A DNA stretch of 64,000 nt from Rhina ancylostomus (lineage: Eukaryota): positions 5,996,593 to 6,060,592 of the forward strand of contig JARFYF010000046.1 of the NCBI GenBank assembly GCA_030265395.1, in the 5' to 3' direction. The number at the start of each line of letters is the position of its first letter. Within the stretch, counting starts at the first letter, position 1. The position numbers were made by a program, and so were the translations under genes. Shown in pieces: positions 23,542 to 35,800 of the stretch. The notes beneath the pieces are model-generated. The model did no database searches and was not told the DNA's origin. It saw only the letters and a program-made list of their open reading frames with translations.

Positions 23542-25879
23542 TGCTCGTACGTCTGTATAGTTTTGAAGTTTGCAGATTATATTAGAGTGAATAATAAACA
23601 AGATAGAAGATTTCAAAAGGACATTGGTAGTTTGTTGAAACAGGCAGACATATCACCGATGCAATTTAAGTTGGATGTATAATGTCATGCACTTTGGCAG
23701 TACCAGCGTGGCATGGCTGTTTAATTTAAATTGTATTATTCTTGGCAGTGCATAAACTGAAGATTCTTTGCTGAACAGTACAAATTCACAGATCTTTGAC
23801 AGTGGGAGAGTAAGCTGAGAAGGTGCTTAAGTTCAGGATGAAAACTTGAGCATTTTTCGTTTAAAAAAAAATTCTCAGGTGGTTAAGTGGCTTTCAATTC
23901 AAGAATATCTGAACAGTGTTCTGAACCTAATTCTGAAAATTGCAGCCACCAGAAAATGGACTCATAAAATAGTGCAGGAACTCAAGAGACCGGCATTTTC
24001 ACTGATGCCTGGATTTTTCACGTGAGGTATAATATGAAAAGTAAAACACTTTCCATCTGACCAATTTAAAAAGTTCTACAGTTTCTGTCCCACATTGCAA
24101 ACCAACAAGTTGCATCAACCAACTAAAGTTGGTTTAGTTGAAATATTCTTATCTTAAGCATTGCATGCACGAGCCTGCTGTCAACAGCTTTATGTTTTAT
24201 GCATAACCAGCCACCAAAGGTCCAGGATATGTACTTCACAGAAGCCGCAGCGCAATGGAATTGCTCTCACCAGAGAGCTCGCTGCCAAACTGACAAGTGT
24301 AGTTTAATGTGCAAAAGAATTTCTGTTCTTTTGGGTTTTCTGCGTTTGGGTTTAGGTAAGTTGGTTTATCATTACATGTCCATTTATATCAGTTCCCGAA
24401 AGTGACTACAATATTTCTCATAGAACATCATAGTTGAAAGAAGTCTACAAAGCAAAGCAATACCTAGAAAACCCAAATTTAGATATAATTCTGTTGAATA
24501 GCTGACTGTTACAGGAGTAATCAGTGTGAATTACAGCCTGTAGACTCTAAGAATGACCATCTGTACAGAGATATTTAAGAACATTCCAGCAGCTGAGCAA
24601 GGTTTCTTTGAAACTAATTGAACTTCTGAGAAACTCTATTCAGTGGATCAAGTTTCCCTGCTAAACATCTAAAGTGCACAGCTCCAAGGGCCAGTGTAAA
24701 CAGTAAAATGTAAAAATCTCACACACATGAATAAATCACACCAATGTGACCACCTATCCCAGAATCTTAAGCACAAAGAGAGGCCATTCATTCCACTGTC
24801 CCTGCGTCAGTGTTTCTGGCAAGGTGCCAACCAGAGGACATTGGATGATCCTTACATCCAAAAAAAAACCCCTCCATCTTCTCTTTAAATTGAGTTGACA
24901 TCATTCTTCCTAATATGGCACACAGCCTTGTCTAAATCTCATGTCTCAAACTGAAGCGTGTGCTAAATATATCAGGGGTGAGTGAGAACACAGACCAGCT
25001 GCATCTTTTCACACTCTGGAATAGTACCAGTGTTTAAAGTTTCCTTTTTTTGCTGCAGTTTTGCTTCTCTCTTTGCCTGGGCCTGTGCAGCAAGACTTTC
25101 CATTGAGCAACAAGAACAGACCACCTTCACCACTCCACAGGAAAGAGTTGTCCCACTTCAGGTTCACTGGGAACTGTTTTGAAAGAAATTATAGTTGCAA
25201 GGATGTTTATTGTCAGACTGCAAGAAATCATAAAGATATTGGCGGTACGACTTCTGAGTCTCATTACTAATCCTCATCAATGTTTTTTCTCTCCCTCACA
25301 TTATCCCTGAGTGTGGGGGTCACAATGTCTCACAAAATGCATTACAACCACCAGCACCAATCACACTGACCAAACAACCTCTTAACTACCTTTGTAAAGC
25401 TATATTAGGAACATGCTGCCAGTCTCATTACTTTAACACAAATCATCTATCTTAAAATTTTAAATATATTATACTGCAACTATTATTGCACCAACATGAC
25501 ATAACGTTAGCAGCTTACGTGACAGTAAACCACAGGAGATTGTGGCAATAGCTTTGTACATTGATTACTTAGCCTTATAAAAATTAATGGATCATACACA
25601 CAAACCTCACACAGACATGAGGCTACTACACTGCAAGAATTTAACAGCATCGGTACAGATTGTATGCATCTTCACATCAAAATGTAAAACTTAACTACTT
25701 CAGGCAGAACGACAAATAAATATAAAATTTTCCCCGCTGTCAGTTCCATAAATGAAATGAATGGTTGACAAGATCAGTGGTGCAGTCATTCAGTCTGTCC
25801 CAGAGCCAACACCCACTAGTTCCGCAAATCAGCTCTCAGAATTACCACCACCGGACTTTTTCAATGAGCTTGTACTCAC

Positions 25880-26028
25880 CAGCTTCCAGCAGCAGTGAGG
25901 ATTCGACTGGTTAGTAGTGTGTCCCACTCTTTGCCTTCTCTCATGCACTTTAGCCGGCTGAGTTTCCACCCTGTGACCGTTGGAACTTCATTTTCCACCT
26001 CTATGTACATGGCTGGTTCAGTGCTCAC
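25880..26028 (-). CDS. HIRA: HIRA coding exon (approx. exon 18): VSTEPAMYIEVENEVPTVTGWKLSRLKCMREGKEWDTLLTSRILTAAGS
   Basis: 149 bp; CTAG acceptor, GTGAGT donor; manual translation. Confidence 0.96.
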
Positions 26029-26510
26029 CTAGAGTTGAGTAGAGAGTATAAAAGTAATTTTACACACACACACACAAAATTGATACAAATTCTCTCAAAT
26101 CACTGACTTACATAGCCTTAACTTTCTAAATTAACCTCTCATTCCATTTGTCATTTTGCAGTTACAGCATACCCTGAAGAGCTGTTCATGGAGTGTGTAA
26201 CAGGGAGAATGTTATATTCTTTATAGTAACACTCTACAAGACTTTAAACGATTCCCTAATGATACATAGGCTACCTGCACACTTGTACCTCCAGGAGAAA
26301 GCTGCAGCTCTCCTCCAGAAAGCTAAGAGTTTCAGTAAGCAAGGGTATTTCCTAGTAAGGAGATTTTGGGAGTTTAATGTAAACTCGAGCCATTGTTGCT
26401 TGCACAACATCCTTGTAATTCAGGCTGAAGCACACCATCACATTAAAATGCCTTGTAAAGGCCTAAAGGAGGATTAAGAAACACTGTTCCCAGACAATGC
26501 CATCTCTTAC

Positions 26511-26600
26511 CTGTATGTTAAATGCTTTCTTTGGTGTCGGCGTCGGGAGTTTAAATACAATGACAGGGGCCGATACCTCTTTTTCTGTTGAGGGAGCAGG
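26511..26600 (-). CDS. HIRA: HIRA coding exon (approx. exon 17): PAPSTEKEVSAPVIVFKLPTPTPKKAFNIQ
   Basis: 90 bp, phase 0-0; TTTCAG acceptor, GTAAGA donor; KLP.P.P..AF..Q resembles vertebrate HIRA. Confidence 0.88.
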
Positions 26601-29136
26601 CTGAAATAGAAGTGTAATGTTCAGTCGAACTTCATTCACTACCTGACTTCTCACAAGGTCCGAAATGGAGAGTACAAGCCAGCGGAAAGACAACAATAGC
26701 ACTGCCCTCACAACACCGGCTTCATCCCGAGATCACAGAGCCAGGTCTTCTGCCAGTTTGATTCACTCCAGACAAGAGACAAAAAAACAGCTGAGAGGAC
26801 AAGATACGGTATGGGACCAGACAACTATGGTACTGAAGACTTCAGAATGAGCTGCATCTCCAGCCAAATTGTAACAGTACTGTTACAATTCTGGAATAAA
26901 CCTGACAAATGCCCAGTTATGCCCTGTTCATATAAAGCAGGATTAATCCAATCCAGCTAATTACCATCCAATGAGTCTATTCTCAATCATCAACAAAATG
27001 ATGAAAGGCATCATCAACAGAGCTCACAAGCACCACTTACTCTCCAGGAACCTACTATCAATACCTAGTTTGGATTCTGCCTGGACCACACAGTCCAGAA
27101 CAAATCGCAGTCCTGGCCCAAACAGAGACAAAGAGCTGAATTCCAGAGGTGAGGTGAGGAACATGGCCCTTGGATTATGTAAATGGACATCAAGGGAAGA
27201 ACACTCCAATGATTGGAGTCATTTGGCTACGTCATTGTTGGAAGTCAATCATCCCAGTCTGAGGACATTGCTCCTGCAGATCTCCAGAGCAAGTTCCTCA
27301 GGGCAGTGCCCTAGACCCAAATATCTTCTGCTGCTTCAGCACTGACCTTCCTTCCACCATGAGGTCAGAAGTGATGAAATTCCCTGATTACTGCACAACG
27401 CTCAATCCATTCACAGCTCATCACCAAGTGTAGCAGTGTACGCCTGTATGCAGCATGATCTGGGCAACGTTCAGGTCAAGTAACATTCATCACACAACGC
27501 AGTCTTTTCACCAACCCTAGATATTCTATGGCTTTCAACCATCAAATCCATGACCATCAACATGCTGGGGTGTTTCCACTGATCAGAAGTTCAACTAGAT
27601 TATCCGCAACTTCAAGAGGACTACAAGTGATTCCCTCCTGACACCCCAGAGACTTTATCACATCTGCAAGACACGCTGAGGGGAGGGGGGAGCACACAGA
27701 ATTCTCTGGCCTGTATAGGTACAACCTCACAACACTGAAACAGTTCAACACCCAACAGAACAAAGCAGCTCATCGCTAGCACACCATCCACCACCATACA
27801 TGTTCACTCTCTCCACCAGTGGCACANNNNNNNNNNGTAGCTGCAATGTGTACCATTAATTTCACTCAATAGTACCTCCTAAACCCAGGACCCCTGACAT
27901 GGAAACATATTGCTGCTCCTTCATTGCCACGAACTCTAAACCCTAGAACTCCCTACCCATCAGCAACATGGGAGTGTTTTCACCAGATGGACTGCAGTGG
28001 TTCAAGGAGGTCGCTGGTCACTATCTCCTTAAGTTAATTAGAGATGGACAAAAGATGCTGGCTTGCAACGACACCAACTTAGCAAAAAATATGATAGTGT
28101 CTGCTGTACACTGGACATAGACAATATAGTAAACATATGCATGACGGTACGGCACAGAATAACATCCAGTCTTTTGTAAATACAGTGTAAAGTGAGCAAG
28201 CTGAATGCACAACAGAGCCAATGAGCTCATATAAAGCAAGACATTGTACCATCATGGAAGACCCACAGACCTACTCCTTTTTATATAATCTGTAGTGCAT
28301 GTGCATTTAAAAAAGCACAAAAGATACCCATGAGTAAACTGGCACTTTAATTGCCTTGGGAAATTCTGAAGTGGAGAACAAAGTCTTGGCTCCCATTTCT
28401 GTCACAACATACATGCAGCAGAGACCGCTGTTCAAAACAAGCAAAAGAATAAAGATCAGGGGGCCCAATATTTAAACTTTTCTCCTGCTTTCATCTGCCA
28501 ACTACAAGTCACAGCATCATGTACCTCTTCTTGCCAGAGGAGGAACATGAAACAGGAACATTCATAAAGATAATGAAAGATTTGCAACTTAAACAGTGCA
28601 AGTAATGCTTTGAGTTAAAATTTAATTTGGAGCTGGAGTTTGAACATTGTAGATATTGCCATGAAATGAGCTTTGAAGAGATGCCATAATTGAAAGTGGG
28701 AAGCATTTCTAACCAGAGTAAACAATCAATGTTTAGTGTCAGTGGTATCAGTACTCTGTTTCAATTTTATTTTATATCTGTTTTCTTATTTCACCTGAAG
28801 GCTGAAATTCATATTGAGAAACACTTCCTTAATACCAACAACTCTGCACTCAAGGAGCTACTTTTTATATTAACTTAAACGCGATTGTGGACATGTTATT
28901 TGGTCTTGGAGTATCACAGTCAAGCTCAGTTCCTTCTCCCAAAAGATACACATATGCTGTTTGGAATAGACGACACCAGCCAGATTTTCCACTCCATAAA
29001 CAAGGAACAATGAGGCCAAACACTGCATCGTCATTAAGCTTTGACAATGAACAGTTAGTACAAAAACGCACGCAGAGGGACACAGAAACAGTATTTATCA
29101 CTGACAGCTTTAGGACAGCGATTATTTCACCCATAC

Positions 29137-29341
29137 CTGAGTTGCTATGGCTACAGCCATATGCTTTGTCTCTTTCCTTGGTCGACCTTTCTTTTTCTTT
29201 TCCACAACTTCTCCCTCCATGTCATTCTTGCGCTTGGACAGTGCTGAGATTTTAGAAGCTGGAATCTTCTCTTCACTGTCACTGCTGCTCTCTTGAACTT
29301 CTCTGGGTTTCAAGTCTTTGTTCAGGCCTAGATCTTTACCC
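29137..29341 (-). CDS. HIRA: HIRA coding exon (approx. exon 16) with basic NLS/AT-hook-like KKKKGRPRK
   Basis: 205 bp; TTTCCAG acceptor, GTATGG donor; ESSSDSEEK and LSKRK...VEKKKKGRPRK motifs. Confidence 0.95.
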
Positions 29342-29700
29342 CTGGAAAGACAGAACCACAGCAATTATTAGTCTACGTCGGTCATCTTGAATGAACATAT
29401 TAAGTCCGAGTTGTCAACTAAAGTGTGCCTCGAGAAAAAAAATCTCTTGAACTCCCTTTAACAACATCAAGAATAGATAAAGATCACCCACAAATAACCT
29501 CTCACACTGTCACAATGCGAGAGATTCAACATAAATACCTGTTTTCTTGTTAGCATTGTTCCTGAGAAGTAATACACCAAGGAATATCTTATGGTGATAA
29601 GCTGATTGTAGTTAATTGATTGTAGTAATTCTTTGCAGATAGTCTGCTAAATCTATCAAATAGACTCAACCAATGGTCTCCCGTGTTGGTGTGCCTGTAC

Positions 29701-29871
29701 CTGTCCAAGTCACTCTGCCTGGCAACAGAAGAGATGGGAGCTGTTCCTGGGGTTGATTTGGATCTTTCGGTGAACCTCGAGTCTAGAGCTTTCATTGGCT
29801 CAATCCGTGAAGGAGAAGTCAAAAGTTGAGTGCTTGTAGGTGCAGCAGCAGGTGTACTAGTGATTGCAGAC
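29701..29871 (-). CDS. HIRA: HIRA coding exon (approx. exon 15): SAITSTPAA...SPSRIEPMKALDSRFTERSKSTPG...DLD
   Basis: 171 bp, phase 2-2; TTTTTCAG acceptor, GTACAG donor; IEPMKA.DSRFTERSK motif. Confidence 0.94.
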
Positions 29872-30215
29872 CTGAAAAACAAAGACATGACTTAAACTAC
29901 AGGTGACTTTCCCACCTACTTTACACTTACAATGTATTTCTACCCACCTTTGGTATTCTCAACAATGCACAGGTGTCTGTCCCACTTACAGTGCCACGTT
30001 AAGTAAAAGCTACCAAGTATAATCTCCACCACTACTGAATGCCTTAAGTAGCACGAATAAACACTGAGTGCTTGCAATGCGGCAATGCCTTTTCTTTTTA
30101 AAATGGGGTAACATTTAGCACAAAATAGGCTGTTTTATATGCTGTTTTGGATTTGGTCAATATCTTAGGTTCACATATTGTTTTAATTTTCCCTTCTTAT
30201 CCCCCATCTTGAGCA

Positions 30216-30439
30216 TAGAGGTCCTCCCCAGGTTATGAATACCCGAGTAATGTACAGCCTGTACATATGAACAAGCACAAGGGAGATCAGTGGGATGGAT
30301 TTGCTGGCTGGTCCAGGGCCGCAGGCGTCTTCTGCCGCCTGGAAAGTCGGTTCACAGCCGTATTTCTGACTTGCGCACTGTCCAGGTTATGAACAGTTCA
30401 TGGGAATGAAACCCTGCCGTAACCTAGGAAGGGCCTGTA
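30216..30439. mobile_element. Tc1/mariner-pogo (Tigger-like) MITE
   Basis: Imperfect terminal inverted repeats of about 20 bp (TA-gaggtcctccccaggttatg ... cgtaacctaggaagggcctg-TA) with TA flanks. Confidence 0.65.
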
Positions 30440-33044
30440 TTAATACACTGAGATACGACAACAGATATCGTCACTCAAGTAACAACCCTTCATGTAAGAG
30501 TCCAGATGACGTGAGTTTACAAGTTTGATCAATTGCAGTGGGCTACAACACAAGCTCTTCAGCATCCACATAACATGTTCTTTCCAGTACAGTCAGATTA
30601 AATATCAAAGATGAACTACAGTAAGCCTGAACTTCCCACTCCAAGCCCAGAAATGCTCAGGACAATTCAGAACATCGATGCAGATAAACAGAAATATTCC
30701 CATCTATGAGTAAAGACGCTACTGACCCATTCAATGATTCAGAGATTGTTCCTCCATTTCCAGCACTTGGTTTATCATTATTCTTGGTAGCTTTATAAAT
30801 AAAAAACACAACGCAAGGGCCAAGACAAAAATTCAGACACATACCCCATGTTTGATTTTCTCCAGTTTGAACTCAACACCCATTCTTATTCAAGCAATCC
30901 TATTAAGCAATCCTTTAGATCCACCTTTTCTACGTCTTTGACTTCCTAAAAGGCAATTCTTTGTAAACTTTAATGCTAAAATGCCCATGTGTTTTATTCC
31001 CCATTCACTCTCTGATGTGAGGATTCTATCCCTTCCATTCCTCACCTGATGGCAAGCAAACCATAACGTGCAGAGCCCTGGCTGCCTTCCAGTTCTACGT
31101 GAAGCACAGATGATGCAAGGGTCATGGCAGCACTCCAAACTTTGGAGTAGGACCTGAACACACAACCTTCTGATTCAAAGGTTTGAGCACATAATCTAGG
31201 CTAGCACTACAGTATAGTATTGAGTGCCTTCTTTTAGGCAAAGTATTGGGTACATGTAAAAAATAAACAGTGCAGCTTTAAAGAAAGGCAGTTAAATTCT
31301 CCCTGGTGCCCTCTTGATATTAATCCTTCAATCATTATCTGCTCACATACCTCACTGCTTGTTGTTTCATTTGCAGTGTTTAAATTGGCTGCAGTTTTTA
31401 CCTGTAATCTGGTTTACATATCACGGGTACTTAATTAGAAAGTATATTAGGGCATCTATAAGTCACTGGAAAAATGCAACTTACTTACCAGCATTTTGAA
31501 TTCTCTTAAGTCTTAGCCCACTGATGCTAAAACAATTTGGAGCCAAGATTTTGGCAATCCATTTGGAATGGACATTAATTTTGAAATTTAATGTGGTTAC
31601 ATTCTCATCATGGAATCTCACTGCAGACTGAGACTGGAAATGGTGGAGGGGGAAGAAGCTTTCCTTATGGTTGCTCTCCACTCCCCTAAGCTGATATTTC
31701 AAAATTCAGACAGCAGAGTGTCAAAATTCAGACAGTAAGTGGTTTGGGTCAGAGAACCCTAATAATACCACAATGCTGAAATAAGCTCAATGAAAAGATT
31801 AAGCAGGTAGGTGCAATTTGTGCAGCAAAGTAGGTGTCTGGTAAAATGAGACTAAAAACATACAGAGAATGAATAAACCCAAAGGCCCAAATGTGGTTCA
31901 AGGTGACTGAGTTAAACAAATGGAGGAGTAATTACATAGAACCTGGGATCTTCACGGATGTTTTCCTGTTCTTTCTTTTTATTAAAACCTCGGATTAATA
32001 TCACTGACTAGAAATTATGATTAATATTGGAAAACATTGCAAATAGAGAAAATAAATATGACTATCTAAATAAAAATGCAGTTTAGTTAGCCTGTCAAGA
32101 AAAATCTGAATATAATGGCTGATGAAAAAAAACATTATTAGTCTATATTGGCAATCCCAAATGTGATTAACTATTATGGATATTCTATGAAACAACAGTG
32201 AAATCAGACATGGAGCGGTCTGTTCAGGTGCTGTCACTTTGTTGTGAATATACATCAGATTCACGGGCACACCAGAGCAAAGAAAAATACCTCATAGCTA
32301 ATTCTTGAAGTAGTTTAGATGGCAGCATAGTCCATTAATTATTCTCATTGAACATACAGGAATTGAATCAAGGCAAGTGTTTTGAATAATTAAAGATGGG
32401 GGGAAAAATATAATGTTGTGTAAAATTAACTAAATATAGGAATGAATTACTTAGAAGAGCAACAATGGGCAATGCTGCCACCTAATGGAACTTTGAACAA
32501 TTCTGTTAAAAGTATTGAAAACCCCATATGGTTCAATAGTGTAGCTTTAGGTTTGAAAAACATCACAGTTAGGGTGGTGGAAGCCATATAACTTATGATT
32601 AATATTGTAAAACACTGCAACTATAGAAAATAAATATGAACATCTAAAAAAAATGTATTTAGCTAACCTGTCACTGAGAAAGCTTGGATGGAGTGACAAC
32701 AGAACAGACACCTGATAAAAGTGATCACTTCACAGACTGAACAGAGATGATTGAGAAGCCTGGGGGATTCCCTGATTAAAAAGTTGGTCAGATTGATTAT
32801 CAGTCAGCATCCTGTTAATTATGGAAAACAGTATTGGTGGTAACAGATCACTGTTTCATTTGTTCATTCACAGAATTCCTTTCTCCTCATTGGTCCCTCT
32901 TGCCACTCTAACAGAGATGTAACAAAATATATTTATGAATGCAGAACTGAATTTAAACCCCATTCCTGAACAATCATACAATCCCCTTTTCCTCTCACTT
33001 TTTATTCATTACCATTCTTTTACTTATTAAAAATTTTTTTTAAA

Positions 33045-33283
33045 ATTTTATTTACAGCATGGTAACAGGCCCTTCCGGCCCAACAACTCCGCACCGCCCA
33101 TTTTAAACCCATGTTAACCTACCCGTACACCTTTGGAATGTGGGTGGAAACCGGAGCACCCAGACGAAACCCATGCAGACACGAGGAGAACGTACAAACT
33201 CCTTACAGACAGCGATGGGAATCGAACCCTGATCGCTGGCGCTGTAATAGTGTCATGCTAACCACTACACTACCATGCTGCCC
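33045..33283 (-). mobile_element. tRNA-derived V-SINE (HE1-like) with CR1-type tail
   Basis: A/B-box head, V domain, tail gttgggccggaagggcctgttaccatgctgtaaataaa. Confidence 0.88.
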
Positions 33284-33489
33284 TTTTGTCTCGACTCCTG
33301 CCCCTTATGGTTTCACCCTGCTTCCTCTCAGGCAGCCATTCCATTCTGAGTTTCTCTGCCACATCTATTCTAACCTTCTCACTTTGTATACTGCTTCTTC
33401 TGATAAATCATTTTCCCTCGACCTCCAATCCCTCTCCACCATAGCTAAAAGGGTCCTTTAACCCAATCCTTTGTCATTTTTTTTTAAAG

Positions 33490-34060
33490 TAAGGGGCAGT
33501 GTGACAGAGTTCCCCTAGTCCTCACCTNNNNNNNNNNNNNNNNNNNNNNNNNNNNNNNNNNNNNNNNNNNNNNNNNNNNNNNNNNNNNNNNNNNNNNNNN
33601 NNNNNNNNNNNNNNNNNNNNNNNNNNNATTTCAGCATCTCAAAGTGACCAGTTCCTCCTCAGTTCCTCAATCACCACCAACCTCGCCTCCCCTTCCAAAG
33701 ACACCTTGCTGAGCAACCACAACCACAAGAGCCTGTCCTTTTACCTCCTCCCTTCCCACTCTCTAGGGCCCAAGGTGAAATAGTGATGCATTTTATTCAC
33801 TGTATTCATGGCTCACGGTGCAATCTCCCTTGCACTGAGGAGTCCAGGAAGAGACTGCTTTGCATAACACCTCAATTTATTCTGTAAGGAGGACTCCAAG
33901 CTTTTGGTCTCCTGTCAGTAAACTCCCACACTCTACTCCGTTCCTCAGTTTCCATGTCTGTTCCAGTGGAGCATAACGTTCAAAAAAGACCACCTGATCT
34001 TTTTCCACAATCAGAATACAGTTTTCAAGTCTCCGAGTTCAACAATTTCAGATAATGGTT
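33490..34060 (+). mobile_element. Degenerate Penelope-like relic
   Basis: Similar by eye to the other GIY-YIG-region copies; interrupted by a gap. Confidence 0.5.
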
Positions 34061-34149
34061 CTGCTATTCCCTTTCATACCTCCTGAGTCTTGCTTTGTTC
34101 CTTTCTTTGTCCCATAACCACCGTTTCTTCTTACGCCCTCTTCCTTTTA

Positions 34150-34580
34150 ATCACAGAGTTATACAGCACTGAAACAGGCTCTTTGGTCCAACTCATCCAT
34201 GCCGATCAAGATTCCCTCTTGCCCATGTTTGATCGGAATCCCTTGACATTTTTCCTATCCATGTACCTATCCAAGTGCCTCTTAAATGTTATTAATGTAC
34301 CTGCCTCAACCACTTCCTCTGTCACCTCATCCCATATACGGGCCACCCTCTGGTTGAAAAAGTTGACCCTCAGGTTCCTATTAAATCTCTCCCGTCTCAA
34401 CCTAAATCTCTGCCTTCTATATTCTTGATTCCCCAACCCAGGGAAAATGTCTGTGTGCATTCACCCTTTCTATGCCACTCATAATTTTACACACCTCTAT
34501 AATATCACTCCTCATTCTCCTACACACCAATAAATAAAGCCTCAATCTGCTCCACCTCTCTCCATAATCAGTTCCTCGAG
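34150..34580 (-). mobile_element. CR1/HER1-like LINE 3' fragment
   Basis: ORF 34206..34460: NLRVNFFNQRVARIWD...VVEAGTLITFKRHLDRYM. Confidence 0.83.
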
Positions 34581-35157
34581 TCATTTAATTCCTCCTGCCC
34601 GTCACCATTTCTCACCCTCCCCTGTTGAAACCTGAACGGCTTCCTTTCTCAGAAGTTGCCTGAGTAGTTATTTTCTTAATTTCCGTTTCAAATCTGCCAT
34701 ATCTTTGCTATTTTGCTGTTGAACTGATGGAAGCTATCTTCAGTTCCCCTTTGTTACTGTGGTACTGAGTTGTGTCCATAGATGGCACTGTTGCTCCACT
34801 ACAACCACTAGAGTTCAGCTGCACCTGCTTTGCTCCTTCCTCTGAGTGGGGGAGGGGAAGAGCCTTTTGTTCCTCTGTACTTTCCGCAGAAAACTGCACC
34901 TTCANNNNNNNNNNNNNNNNNNNNNNNNNNNNNNNNNNNNNNNNNNNNNNNNNNNNNNNNNNNNNNNNNNNNNNNNNNNNNNNNNNNNNNNNNNNNNNNN
35001 NNNNNNNNNNNNNNNNNNNNNNNNNNNNNNNNNNNNNNNNNNNNNNNNNNNNNNNNNNNNNNNNNNNNNNNNNNNNNNNNNNNNNNNNNNNNNNNNNNNN
35101 NNNNNNNNNNNNNNNNNNNNNNNNNNNNNNNNNNNNNNNNNNNNNNNNNNNNNNNNN

Positions 35158-35316
35158 GCGGTGGCTGGTGCGGGGTCCTGAGATAGTTTAGCAGAGACGG
35201 ACTTGGCAGCATTAGAGTCTGAGGAAGGCTGTGGCTGGCTGATCTGTGAAGGCAGCACTGACCCTGGAAGTGCCCCTGTGATGGGTACACTGTTAAAAAA
35301 AGCAGTCGAAAAATCC
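35158..35316 (-). CDS. HIRA: HIRA coding exon (approx. exon 14), partial: DFSTAFFNSVPITGALPGSVLPSQISQPQPSSDSNAAKSVSAKLSQDPAPATA; 3' end lost in N-gap
   Basis: TAG acceptor 35317-18 after a T-rich tract; DFSTAFFNS motif; frame open into the gap 34905-35157. Confidence 0.92.
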
Positions 35317-35399
35317 CTAATAATAAAAAACAAAAAAAAAAGGCAAGTTGTGAAAGAAGCCATTTCATGGTATTAATAGTTTTATACACAATGGCTTTT

Positions 35400-35800
35400 A
35401 GACCATAGGACTTAGGAGCAGAATTAGGCTATTCGGCCCATCGAGACTGCTCTGTCATTCCATCATGGCTGATTTTTTTTCCAACCCCTTTCTCCTGCCT
35501 TCTCCCTGTAACCCTTAACCCCCTTACCAATTAAGAACCTATCAATCTTTGCCTTAAGTACACCCAATGACTTGGCCTCCACAGCCCTCTGTGGTGAAGA
35601 ATTCCACAGATTCACTACCATTTGGCTGAAGAAATTCTTCATCTCAGTTCTAAAGGGACATCCTTTCATTCCAAGGCTGTGCCCTCAGAACCTAGACTTG
35701 TCTACTCATGGGAACATCCTCTCCATGTCCATTTTATCCAGGCCTTTCAGTATTCAATAGGTTTCAATGAGATCCCCTCTCATCCTTCTGAACACCATCG
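35400..35800 (-). mobile_element. CR1-like LINE 3' fragment ending about 80 bp from the exon-14 acceptor
   Basis: ORF 35463..35669: EMKNFFSQMVVNLWNSSPQRAVEAKSLGVLKAKIDRFL. Confidence 0.83.

Noticed and set aside
25027-25173. Cryptic minus-strand exon in the HIRA intron after exon 18 (TTTCTTTCAAAACAG acceptor)
   Set aside because: The flanking exons already join in phase, inclusion gives an immediate stop, the donor is weak, and nothing else supports it.
34708-34899. 63-aa minus ORF as a continuation of HIRA exon 14 beyond the gap
   Set aside because: No resemblance to HIRA, it ends in a stop, and it would make the exon far longer than expected.
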